A stretch of 23,688 nt of DNA from the IMG/VR virus record IMGVR_UViG_2690316345_000009, one strand, 5' to 3'. This DNA comes from a virus. Its lineage: Duplodnaviria; Heunggongvirae; Uroviricota; Caudoviricetes. Shown piece by piece: positions 1-7,521 of the stretch (position 1 is the stretch's first letter; each line of letters opens with the position of its first letter). The notes beneath the pieces are model-generated. The model was not told where the DNA came from. It did not search any database and saw only the letters and a list, made by a program, of their open reading frames with translations. Position numbers and translations under genes: made by a program.

Positions 1-1130
1 ACTACCGGGATTTTTGCTGTCAACGTATTACCGTTAATGACAAGTGCAGCGGCAGACATAAAAAAAAAATCACCACTGGCAAAGTATGCGAGAAGACCAG
101 CTACATCCTTTCCACTCAAATTAGTCAGCGTATTGTCCAGCGGTTGTTTACCTGCCAGCGCATTAAGCATTGTCGTGGCAAAGTTCGGGTCATTCCCCAG
201 TGCCGCCGCCAGTTCGTTCAGTGTATCCAGTGCAGCAGGTGCAGACCCCACCATTGCCGCAATTGCCGATTTCACAAAAGCCGTGGTGGCAATCTGTGTA
301 TTGTTAACCGACTGTGCGGCAGTGGGGGCTGTTGGCGTTCCGGTGAGTGCCGGACTTAACAGCGGCGCTTTCAGTGCCAGCGCATTGTTAATGGTGGTAC
401 TGAATTTCGGGTCATTATTAATGGCAGCGGCAATTTCTTTCATCGTATCCAGTGTGGCTGGCGCACCATTAATAAGGGCCGTCAGTGCCGCCTGTACAAA
501 CGCAGTGGTCGCAACCTGCGTGGTATTATCCCCCGCCGCTGGCGTTGGCGCTTTGGGTGTTCCGGTCAATGTCGGGCTTTCTTTGGGTGCATACTGTGAA
601 TGCGGGTCCGGTGCGGCAAGATGTTTTGCCATCTTATCATCCACGAACACCTTCAGCTCCAGTACCTTGTCATCCACATACTTGCGGGTTGCCAGCACGA
701 CGGCAGGGTCGATTTTCACGGTGATATTGTCCGTGCTGCTGGTAATCAGCACCATGCGCACGGTCTGGGTGCGCCCGCTGCCTTCAGCCAGTTGCGGCTT
801 ATAGCTTTCCGGGCAGTTGCCTACGGCAATCAATGCCCCGGACTCATCAAACAGACCCACTTCACGTATCCACCAACCACCCTCATTTTCAGGGATCACC
901 TGTTCAGCAATAATCTGGCTGCTGTTCTGCGGGTCGATATAGAGCATATTCAGCGCAGCCCGGCGTTTCTCATTTACCAGTGCCGTCTGCTTTGCGTCCG
1001 GCGTCGGCAATGCTCCGCCGCCATCGCCCACCGCCATATGGGTAATTTTTAGCGGCACACCGAGCGCGGCGGCGCTGGCAAGTTTCGCCGCGCCAATATC
1101 CGTCAGCAGGGTATAAAATTTTGTGCTCAT
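1..1130 (-). CDS. Tail fibre protein (P2 gpH family), N-terminal portion only; gene runs off the window start
   Basis: Minus-strand frame open from an ATG at ~1130 to the window edge (no stop in window, so absent from the ORF track). My translation begins MSTKFYTLLTDIGAAKLASAAALGVPLKITHMAVGDGGG, resembling the conserved N-terminus of P2-type tail fibres. Start overlaps the stop of the upstream baseplate gene (ATGA). Synteny after baseplate genes. Confidence 0.8.
   Translation of the reverse strand, partial: MSTKFYTLLTDIGAAKLASAAALGVPLKITHMAVGDGGGALPTPDAKQTALVNEKRRAALNMLYIDPQNSSQIIAEQVIPENEGGWWIREVGLFDESGALIAVGNCPESYKPQLAEGSGRTQTVRMVLITSSTDNITVKIDPAVVLATRKYVDDKVLELKVFVDDKMAKHLAAPDPHSQYAPKESPTLTGTPKAPTPAAGDNTTQVATTAFVQAALTALINGAPATLDTMKEIAAAINNDPKFSTTINNALALKAPLLSPALTGTPTAPTAAQSVNNTQIATTAFVKSAIAAMVGSAPAALDTLNELAAALGNDPNFATTMLNALAGKQPLDNTLTNLSGKDVAGLLAYFASGDFFFMSAAALVINGNTLTAKIPV
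141..575 (-). repeat. Diverged tandem duplication of a ~70-codon module inside the tail-fibre gene
   Basis: Two consecutive segments of my translation are clearly paralogous: LTGTPKAPTPAAGDNTTQVATTAFVQAALTALINGAPATLDTMKEIAAAINNDPKFSTTINNALALKAP and LTGTPTAPTAAQSVNNTQIATTAFVKSAIAAMVGSAPAALDTLNELAAALGNDPNFATTMLNALAGKQP. Coordinates derived from codon positions, approximate. Confidence 0.5.
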
Positions 1131-1732
1131 GGATTCACTCTCATTGTGTCAATAACATGGACCGCCCCGCCTTCATGCGCGGTGCCGCCGGAAATAATTG
1201 TTTCGTTGATATACGGATAGATCGTGATTTCTTCGCCAAGATAACTGGCGGCTCCCACCCAATACGGACCGCTGGTCTGCAGATTGATGGACATGCCGAT
1301 CATGTGACGGCTACATGGTTTGGCATCGCTTATCAGTCGCTCAAGTTCCAGATAGGTATCTTCAGTGATGCCCTGGTCCTGCACACCAATGTCCAGACGA
1401 AACGTGCCCGGTGTTTCTCCGGTCTGCCACCACTCAATAATGCGGATCAGAAAGCCGAACGGCTCCACCACCCGCCGCACGGCACTGGTGGTTCCTTTAT
1501 GCTGATGAATATAAAAAGCATCCTTCACCACCTGGCGCTTGACGCTTTCTGTCCAGCTCTCGTCCCAGCGATCCACAGAGAACGCCCAGGCGAGATAAGG
1601 CAGGAAACTGACCGGACAGGTTGCCGGATTCCACAAGTCACGCAGCGGCACCTGCAGATCAGAAATCCCCCTGCAGGTTTGCGCCAGTCGTCGCTCCAGT
1701 GGCGTTGAACCCGGTGGCAGCAGACTATTCAT
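1127..1732 (-). CDS. Baseplate assembly protein (P2 gpI-like)
   Basis: 201-aa ORF MNSLLPPGSTPLERRLAQTCRGISDLQ...; position between the gpJ-like gene and the tail fibre; stop overlaps tail-fibre start; typical P2 V-W-J-I-H order. Confidence 0.8.
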   Translation of the reverse strand: MNSLLPPGSTPLERRLAQTCRGISDLQVPLRDLWNPATCPVSFLPYLAWAFSVDRWDESWTESVKRQVVKDAFYIHQHKGTTSAVRRVVEPFGFLIRIIEWWQTGETPGTFRLDIGVQDQGITEDTYLELERLISDAKPCSRHMIGMSINLQTSGPYWVGAASYLGEEITIYPYINETIISGGTAHEGGAVHVIDTMRVNP

Positions 1733-2633
1733 CCGTTCCCCCGTTGGTCACGCTCCACTGCGTACATGATGCCGCCTGCGTTTTGTTCAGGACCACGTCC
1801 GCCAGCGGGGAAGCCAGTTCCACACGCTGAACACCCTCAACATGCAGCGCGGCAAAAATGGCGCTACGGCGAATATCCCGACCAAGCCGCGTCTGACTGG
1901 CAATGTACCTCTGCAGGCTGGCTTTTGCCGCTGCCATTACCGGCTCTGCTTCCGGCCCCGGATAGAGAAAAATGGTGGCTTCCACGCGGTACGGGATGAT
2001 TTCCGCGCTGCGAACCGTCAGACGGTCAGCCACCGGGCGGACATTCTCACTGTTCAGTGCTTTCTCCACCACATCCAGCAGGTCTTTTTCTGCTGTTCCG
2101 TCGCCTTCGCGGCTAAGGACAGTCAGTACCACCTCTGCAGGTGCCGGACTGGTTGCACTGGCATCCGCCACCCGACCGTCGGCGCTTCGGGCATGAAATT
2201 CATAAGCGGCAGTTGGTCCCGCAACTGAAAGCCCCTCAAAGGCTGCAGGCACACGCAGGCGTAACGCTTCATCGCTTTCCATCACTGCTGCAACGGGCGG
2301 CACAGCGTCATTATCAGCAGGCGTCACCGTCAGGCGTTTCACGTTGTAGTTGGCAGCGAGCTGGTCAAGATCGCCGCCCATCGCGTAAGCCACCATTACC
2401 GCCTGCGCGGCTTCGTTAATGCGCTGGCGCAGAAGCAACTCACGGTAAGCGTTCTCCTGCAACAATTTGGTGACGGGTTCAGATTCCAGTTCCAGCGTGC
2501 GGATCACTGCTTCCTGCTCATCTTTCGGATGAAGCGCCACAAATTCTGCCTTGCGTTCGGCAAGCAGCGTCTCAAAGTCCGGCACATCCACAATCTGCGG
2601 TGCAGGCAACTGCGAAAGGTCAATCACTGCCAT
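1725..2633 (-). CDS. Baseplate protein (P2 gpJ-like)
   Basis: Track ORF 1725..2672; likely true start is the in-frame ATG 13 codons in (MAVIDLSQLPAPQIVDVPDFETLLAERKAEF...), giving ~303 aa, similar to P2 J. Synteny W-J-I. Confidence 0.8.
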   Translation of the reverse strand: MAVIDLSQLPAPQIVDVPDFETLLAERKAEFVALHPKDEQEAVIRTLELESEPVTKLLQENAYRELLLRQRINEAAQAVMVAYAMGGDLDQLAANYNVKRLTVTPADNDAVPPVAAVMESDEALRLRVPAAFEGLSVAGPTAAYEFHARSADGRVADASATSPAPAEVVLTVLSREGDGTAEKDLLDVVEKALNSENVRPVADRLTVRSAEIIPYRVEATIFLYPGPEAEPVMAAAKASLQRYIASQTRLGRDIRRSAIFAALHVEGVQRVELASPLADVVLNKTQAASCTQWSVTNGGTDE

Positions 2634-2979
2634 TCTCTGCTCCTGTTGATACTGAAAGGGACACAGGCACACCGTTATTCCGCCGCCCGGTCAGCTCCAC
2701 CACCATTGAACCGTCAAAGTTGCTGTTAATAGTGATGGAATCCAGCGTCAGCCGTGGCTCCCAGCGACTCAGTGCCACATACACAGCCGACATAACCTGC
2801 AGGCGTAACGCCGGATTTTGTGGCTGATCTATCAGTGCCGACAGCAGGGAACCATATTCCCGACGGGCAATGCGGCTACCCTGCGGCGTCAGCAGAATGT
2901 CCCGCACCGACTGGCGCAGATGGTCAATATCAGTAATGGCTTTACCGCTGGTATTATTCATCCCGCTATAAAGCGTCAT
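2620..2979 (-). CDS. Baseplate wedge protein (P2 gpW-like, gp25 family)
   Basis: 119-aa ORF MTLYSGMNNTSGKAITDIDHLRQSVRDILLTPQGSRIARREYGSLL..., matching length and N-terminal pattern of P2 gpW; overlaps neighbours as in a coupled operon. Confidence 0.8.
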   Translation of the reverse strand: MTLYSGMNNTSGKAITDIDHLRQSVRDILLTPQGSRIARREYGSLLSALIDQPQNPALRLQVMSAVYVALSRWEPRLTLDSITINSNFDGSMVVELTGRRNNGVPVSLSVSTGAENGSD

Positions 2980-3554
2980 ACCGGGCCTCCGGTGGTATCA
3001 CCGCCTTTCAGGACGCCAGTATGCTGATGCGCATCAACCACGATCCCGTTAGAACTCATCGCACCGCCGCCCTGGGTAACGCCACCATTGATCACCACTT
3101 CGCTGTTAATACGCGAGCGGTCAGCCTCCAGCACAAACTCACTGGTTTTCATGGTGATGTTGTCGGCAGCCTCAATGACCATGGATTTGATGCCCCTGAC
3201 ATACCAGCGCCCGGTGGCGGGTTCGTATTCAAACCAGCCACCGTCAGGATGTTCTGTCACGCAGGCGTCCGCCGACGTCGACGGTGGAGCGAACTGATTC
3301 GAATAGATGGCGGGCAACGCAAAGGCGGTTTCCAGATTGCCGCCCAGACTCAGCAGCACCACCTGCTCACCTTCCGATGGTCGCCACCATGTCCGGGCAT
3401 TCCCGGCACGCAGCGTCAGCCAGCTGATCCAGTTGGTTTCAAGGTCGCCCGTTTTCACCCGGCAAAGCCAGTTCTCCCTGTCCACTTCGGTGACTACTCC
3501 TGTGCGGATCAGGTTGGTGATAAGGCGCATGATTTCGGTTAATTGTGCGTTCAT
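2976..3554 (-). CDS. Baseplate spike/hub protein (P2 gpV-like)
   Basis: 192-aa ORF MNAQLTEIMRLITNLIRTGVVTEVD...; resembles P2 gpV as I recall it; first gene of the V-W-J-I-H block, preceded by a late-promoter-like dyad. Confidence 0.8.
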   Translation of the reverse strand: MNAQLTEIMRLITNLIRTGVVTEVDRENWLCRVKTGDLETNWISWLTLRAGNARTWWRPSEGEQVVLLSLGGNLETAFALPAIYSNQFAPPSTSADACVTEHPDGGWFEYEPATGRWYVRGIKSMVIEAADNITMKTSEFVLEADRSRINSEVVINGGVTQGGGAMSSNGIVVDAHQHTGVLKGGDTTGGPV

Positions 3555-3600
3555 AGGGAAAGGTTGCCATCAGGGGAAGAAAGCCGGCAGTGCTGCAACT

Positions 3601-3618
3601 TGTATCAGTGCTGATACA
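3601..3618 (-). promoter_or_regulatory. TGT-N12-ACA dyad upstream of the V-like gene (candidate Ogr/B-type late activator site)
   Basis: Sequence TTGTATCAGTGCTGATACAA contains a perfect 9-bp inverted repeat and fits TGT-N12-ACA. It lies in the S/V intergenic gap with its centre ~55 nt upstream of the V ATG. Position approximate. Confidence 0.45.
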
Positions 3619-3622
3619 AAGA

Positions 3623-4069
3623 TCACCCCGCCAGCCATTGCAGAATCATGTCGCGGGTCATTGCCTCAACATCATCATTTACACCCAGAAGGCGACGCTC
3701 TGCGTAACGGACCTCCGGGCCTTTGCGACTGACGCGATCACGTAAGCCGTAGTGATGAACGCGGGCAATACGCTGCACCTTACCTTCAAACTGTACGCTG
3801 GCAGAATCAGCGCTGGCAGCAGTTTTCAGGTATTTTGTGGTGCGCAGCTTTGTAAACATCTGACGTTTGATGCGCCCCTTTTTGCTGCGTGCTGTTAGCC
3901 TGCGCGGTTCATAACTGCTGCCATCAGGGTTGCGCTGCATCCTGATATTCTGCTGCTGTGTCCGGCGCAGTTCCTGCGCCAGCTGGCGCATCATGCGGCT
4001 TCTTGCGGCTGGCTCCAGATTCGCCAGCAAGGCACTCAGCCAGTCGTCCACCTTCTGCAGTTCAGCCAC
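3623..4069 (-). CDS. Tail completion protein (P2 gpS-like)
   Basis: 148-aa ORF; assigned by synteny (lysis genes - R - S - V) and size, not by a recognised motif. Confidence 0.7.
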   Translation of the reverse strand: MAELQKVDDWLSALLANLEPAARSRMMRQLAQELRRTQQQNIRMQRNPDGSSYEPRRLTARSKKGRIKRQMFTKLRTTKYLKTAASADSASVQFEGKVQRIARVHHYGLRDRVSRKGPEVRYAERRLLGVNDDVEAMTRDMILQWLAG

Positions 4070-4514
4070 GTTTCACCGTCCACATTTCTTCAGGTTCATC
4101 AGGTTCCGCTACCGCTTCAACACTCGACACACTGCCGTCAGTGCTGACCAGCACACGCTCCGTCAGTTGCAGGTTAAGGCTGATATCACAGACATCGTTG
4201 CGCAAAATATCCACCTCAAAGGTGAATAACTTTTCCCGTAACGCCGGGTTATTGATGGCATCGGGCTGGTTATCACGCAGCCACAGCAAAACCGGGGCCA
4301 TCAGCAGATTCTGGTCGCCGCTGAAATCCTCAATCACCACGTTCAGGGTGTAGCGGTACTCCCATGACATGGAGCTGGCCCCCGTGGCAACCAGCGAACC
4401 GTTATCCACAAACAGATGCAGTTTGTCCGGGTTATTACGGACATAAGGCACTGCTTTATTAAGGGCGTGGCGCAGGGATTGTGGTTTGTTCACTGTTTCG
4501 CTCCTGACACGCAA
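4062..4514 (-). CDS. Tail completion protein (P2 gpR-like)
   Basis: 150-aa ORF directly downstream of the lysis cassette; size and position as for P2 R; overlaps S start. Confidence 0.7.
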   Translation of the reverse strand: MRVRSETVNKPQSLRHALNKAVPYVRNNPDKLHLFVDNGSLVATGASSMSWEYRYTLNVVIEDFSGDQNLLMAPVLLWLRDNQPDAINNPALREKLFTFEVDILRNDVCDISLNLQLTERVLVSTDGSVSSVEAVAEPDEPEEMWTVKRG

Positions 4515-4746
4515 TAATCATGTCCACTTTGTCTGCACAGACCGCCCAGGCGGCCTCCGTTTCATCCAGCATTGCGTTCAGATCACCGTTAGTGCGCGGC
4601 GCTGCCTGCTCCAGCCGACACGGCGTCACTCGCGGACAACCACTGACGGTAAGCTGCACCTCCGGTGAGTGCCGGACGTTCCCGCAGCCGGATAATGTCA
4701 GCAGGCAAAGGAGTATCAGCCCAGCGGCGTAAATCCTCGTTCTCAC
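4459..4746 (-). CDS. Outer-membrane spanin lipoprotein (LysC/Rz1-like), nested in alternate frame over the 3' end of the LysB-like gene
   Basis: 95-aa ORF with signal peptide plus lipobox (MRTRIYAAGLILLCLLTLSGCG), Pro-rich C-terminus; embedded out of frame in the i-spanin gene and running into the R-like gene start, as in P2 lysB/lysC. Confidence 0.7.
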   Translation of the reverse strand: MRTRIYAAGLILLCLLTLSGCGNVRHSPEVQLTVSGCPRVTPCRLEQAAPRTNGDLNAMLDETEAAWAVCADKVDMIIACQERNSEQTTIPAPRP

Positions 4747-5017
4747 GTTTCAGTTCCTCGATCCGGTGTTGTCGTTGTCTCAGCAGCGCGCTGGTCTGTT
4801 CTGCTTCGGCATAGAGCCGCGCCTGCTCCCGGTTATTGGTTTCAGTCAGAATGGACAGGCTGATAAGCTGGCTGTTGCTCTTTGCCAGTGCCTGGCTTTT
4901 GCTCTGCAGCTCGTCTGCCTGCGTGGTGATGGTCCGGCTGGCATCAGCCAGCCGCCACGTCTGCCAGCCCAGCGCCGCCAGTAATAACGCCAGCACAACC
5001 AGCAGCAACCGGTTCAT
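4589..5017 (-). CDS. Inner-membrane spanin (LysB/Rz-like)
   Basis: 142-aa ORF with N-terminal transmembrane segment (MNRLLLVVLALLLAALGW) followed by charged, coiled-coil-like sequence (ELQSKSQALAKSNSQL...EELKRENEDLRRW); contains the nested lipoprotein ORF. Confidence 0.7.
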   Translation of the reverse strand: MNRLLLVVLALLLAALGWQTWRLADASRTITTQADELQSKSQALAKSNSQLISLSILTETNNREQARLYAEAEQTSALLRQRQHRIEELKRENEDLRRWADTPLPADIIRLRERPALTGGAAYRQWLSASDAVSAGAGSAAH

Positions 5018-5391
5018 GCTGCTACCTGTTGCGCCATCTGATTACGGGTGATCCAGAAGGCAATAACGGTCAGCAGATAAAAGACCAGGGTAATAGCCCA
5101 CCCCGTCCAGGCGAGACTGACGACAATCAGCAATCGCATCACCCAGCTGATAAATACGTTTTCTTTTCGGGTAATTTTCTTCAGCAAAGATGCCCTCAAC
5201 TCCTGCCAGAGCGGGCCATTCTTAATTAACGCAGCCAGTGCTACCGGAATTACCGCCCATGTCAGCAAACAGGCTACCCAAACGCCGGACGCTGCCAGTA
5301 CCGGAAAAATCCCATGCGGATACACCATTGCTGCGATTAACAGCGCCATCCATAACATCAGAAACAGCCCGCTGATTAATTTCTTTTTCAT
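5014..5391 (-). CDS. LysA-like membrane protein (lysis timing/accessory)
   Basis: Track ORF 5014..5463; likely start is the internal MKKKLISGLFLMLW... which abuts the endolysin stop. Several hydrophobic helices; position between endolysin and spanins matches P2 lysA. Confidence 0.6.
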   Translation of the reverse strand: MKKKLISGLFLMLWMALLIAAMVYPHGIFPVLAASGVWVACLLTWAVIPVALAALIKNGPLWQELRASLLKKITRKENVFISWVMRLLIVVSLAWTGWAITLVFYLLTVIAFWITRNQMAQQVAA

Positions 5392-5392
5392 T

Positions 5393-5905
5393 TCAGCTTG
5401 CTCCCTGTAAGCACCAGGCCATCTCCCGCGCACGGCGGTTATCCAGCCCCTGATTAAAAACACCTTTTACATAAACCCAGCGCGGCAACTGTCGGCACGC
5501 ATCCGCCCAGCGCCGCTGATTGAGCAATTTCACCAGCGTGGAACTGCAGGCATTGCCCGTCCCCACGTTGAAGGCAAACGACACCGTAGCGTCATACACC
5601 TTCTGCGGCGGCTGTTGCTTCACACACCTTTCCAGTGCCCGCTCCACACGCAGCACGTTAGAGATCAGCCCTTCCGCTGCCTGTCGTTCCGTAATGGTTT
5701 TGCCCGGAATGACGCCCGACGTATTACCAATGCCGTCGGTCCAGACACCCGCGCTGCACTGATACGGCTGCAGACGACAGCCTTCGTAATCGGCAATCAG
5801 TTTCAGCCCCTCCACGGAGGTGTGAAGCTGCTGAAAACCCGGCAGCGTGGCAGCAATAGCCAGCACGGCCCCGACAAGGCAGCGTTTAACGATTGATGGA
5901 TTCAT
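5393..5905 (-). CDS. SAR-type endolysin (T4-lysozyme-like muramidase with N-terminal signal-anchor)
   Basis: 170-aa ORF with weakly hydrophobic Gly/Ala-rich N-terminus (CLVGAVLAIAATLPG) followed by YEGCRLQPYQCSAGVWTDGIGNT, closely resembling P1 Lyz / phage 21 R SAR endolysins. Confidence 0.85.
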   Translation of the reverse strand: MNPSIVKRCLVGAVLAIAATLPGFQQLHTSVEGLKLIADYEGCRLQPYQCSAGVWTDGIGNTSGVIPGKTITERQAAEGLISNVLRVERALERCVKQQPPQKVYDATVSFAFNVGTGNACSSTLVKLLNQRRWADACRQLPRWVYVKGVFNQGLDNRRAREMAWCLQGAS

Positions 5906-6101
5906 AGTCCTCCCGCGAGATCTGCCCGTCGCGCAGAAGCTGGTAGGCTTTGTGTTTGTAGTACCAGTTGATAGCCAGCATCAGCACACCGATCATCAGG
6001 CCGCCCAGCGTTGAGGCATCCTTGATGGACAAATCGCCCAGCCAGGCCAGCACGACGGCGATGCAATACGTGATAAAGGCGCTGATTCGCTCAAGCGTCA
6101 T
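5886..6101 (-). CDS. Holin (small two-TMD, pinholin-like)
   Basis: 71-aa ORF with two hydrophobic segments (ISAFITYCIAVVLAWLG; GGLMIGVLMLAINWYY) and charged C-terminus, immediately upstream of and overlapping the SAR endolysin gene. Confidence 0.65.
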   Translation of the reverse strand: MTLERISAFITYCIAVVLAWLGDLSIKDASTLGGLMIGVLMLAINWYYKHKAYQLLRDGQISREDYESINR

Positions 6102-6104
6102 AAT

Positions 6105-6308
6105 TCAGTCCCATAGCTGGACGGTCTGCACGGTGGTGGTTGTCGGAATGTCCGGCAGCTCCACCTGCAGCCCGTGAGGTAAAAAGGGGCCGTATTCGGC
6201 AAGCCCCGGATTTGCCTTCAGTACCTGCTCCGTGACACCCTGCGTGCGCCCGTAATGACGCCAGCAAAGTGCGTCCACCGTGTCATACTGATGCGCACGC
6301 ACTTTCAT
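6105..6308 (-). CDS. Tail protein X (P2 gpX-like, LysM-like small protein)
   Basis: 67-aa ORF MKVRAHQYDTVDALCWRHYGRTQGVTEQVLKANPGLAEYGPFLPHGLQVELPD...; same length and pattern as P2 gpX; located between the head-completion gene and the holin. Confidence 0.75.
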   Translation of the reverse strand: MKVRAHQYDTVDALCWRHYGRTQGVTEQVLKANPGLAEYGPFLPHGLQVELPDIPTTTTVQTVQLWD

Positions 6309-6835
6309 CAGATAAGCTCCACTGTGCAGTGCGGCGCATCCTGCACCCGGCTGATGGCCCAGCGGGCGTCACGCCATAAATCACCGCTGGCTTCCGCCAG
6401 TTCCTCGCCTCGCTTCGCACCGGATGCCGTGGCATCATAGTCCTGGTAACGTTCGTTGAGCATGGCGCGTGCCCAGCAGTAAACCGCGTTGAAATAGTGC
6501 TGAATGCGCTCGCTTTTGCCGTCCAGTTGTTCCGCCGGGACTTCTGCCAGCGAGGCATACCCCAGCATCTGCTGGCGTCTGCGAAACTCATACAGCTCTG
6601 CGTTGACCTCCGAAATTGCCGACAGCGCAACCTGCTTTAAACGCGGCTGCGTCACCGTGCCGTCAGTGCGCATGACACTGCGAAACTCCGACAGGTCCAC
6701 ATCAGGCCAGAACGGCGTATTTCTGATGATTTCCGCCTGTTCCGGTGCCTGTTCTGGCGCAACAAACTTCATGCTGCTTTCTCCTGAAATAAAGGGCGGT
6801 GGACGGGGTTTTGATGTGGCAGTGCCTTTCGCCAC
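6308..6835 (-). CDS. Head completion/stabilisation protein (P2 gpL-like)
   Basis: 175-aa ORF; C-terminal region (...ELYEFRRRQ...DLWRDARWAISRVQDAPHCTVELI) resembles P2 gpL; true start may be the internal MKFVAPEQ... Synteny M-L-X. Confidence 0.8.
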   Translation of the reverse strand: MAKGTATSKPRPPPFISGESSMKFVAPEQAPEQAEIIRNTPFWPDVDLSEFRSVMRTDGTVTQPRLKQVALSAISEVNAELYEFRRRQQMLGYASLAEVPAEQLDGKSERIQHYFNAVYCWARAMLNERYQDYDATASGAKRGEELAEASGDLWRDARWAISRVQDAPHCTVELI

Positions 6836-6867
6836 CCCGTGCCGCCCGTGCGCGGGGGCACGTTCTG

Positions 6868-7518
6868 TCAGCGGCTGTCATTGCGCAGTCTGCGCTCCAA
6901 CTGCTGTTTGTCTTTTTTCACGCCACAGCGGGGATCGAGCTGTAACGCATGGTTGAGATGATTAAGGGCGGAAGCCGGATTGCTTTCACTCAGGACAGCG
7001 CCAATCGCTTTATGCAGACGCGCCCGTGACTGGTCCGGCATATCCAGACCGTCTGTCAGCTCCAGCGTCTGCAGCAACAGATCGGCATCAAAGCCGGTGG
7101 CGGCAAGCATTGCGCTCTGCGCTGCATCTGCCATTTCCTCTGCCAGCACGGTCTGCACGTTGCGGTTACCCAGCGGCATCACCCAGCCATGACGCAGGGC
7201 ATGACGCCCGATCTCCAGCGCCCCGGCATAATCTCCGGCATCAATGCGCCACAGCATCACGTACATCAGCACGTCATCCTGTTGAGCGCCTCCGGCAGCC
7301 AGGACGCCCTCCGCCCAGGCGGCATATTTCGGCAGCAGCTCCACCTTTATTTCCGCTTTTTTCACCGTGGACTGAACGCCCTTGAGACGGCGGCGGTCTT
7401 CCGCCAGTTGCAGCAGCATCAGGTCATAGCCCGACGCGTGGCGAACGCTGCCGCCCTCGCGGGCGGCATGTTCAGCCTGAACGCGCAGGCGATGCTGCCG
7501 TGCGGGACTCAGGCTCAT
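6868..7518 (-). CDS. Terminase small (endonuclease) subunit (P2 gpM-like)
   Basis: 216-aa ORF MSLSPARQHRLRVQAEHAAREGGSVRHASGYDLMLLQLAEDRRRLKG...ELLPKYAAWAEGVL...DDVLMYVMLWRIDAGDYAGALEIGRHAL..., strongly resembling P2 gpM; synteny O-N-M. Confidence 0.85.
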   Translation of the reverse strand: MSLSPARQHRLRVQAEHAAREGGSVRHASGYDLMLLQLAEDRRRLKGVQSTVKKAEIKVELLPKYAAWAEGVLAAGGAQQDDVLMYVMLWRIDAGDYAGALEIGRHALRHGWVMPLGNRNVQTVLAEEMADAAQSAMLAATGFDADLLLQTLELTDGLDMPDQSRARLHKAIGAVLSESNPASALNHLNHALQLDPRCGVKKDKQQLERRLRNDSR

Positions 7519-7521
7519 GAA

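Noticed and set aside
37-804. 255-aa plus-strand ORF, Ala/Ser-rich, at the window start
   Set aside because: Antisense to the tail-fibre gene whose minus-strand translation is clearly homologous to P2-type tail fibres; the plus-strand product mirrors the repeat-rich fibre codons.
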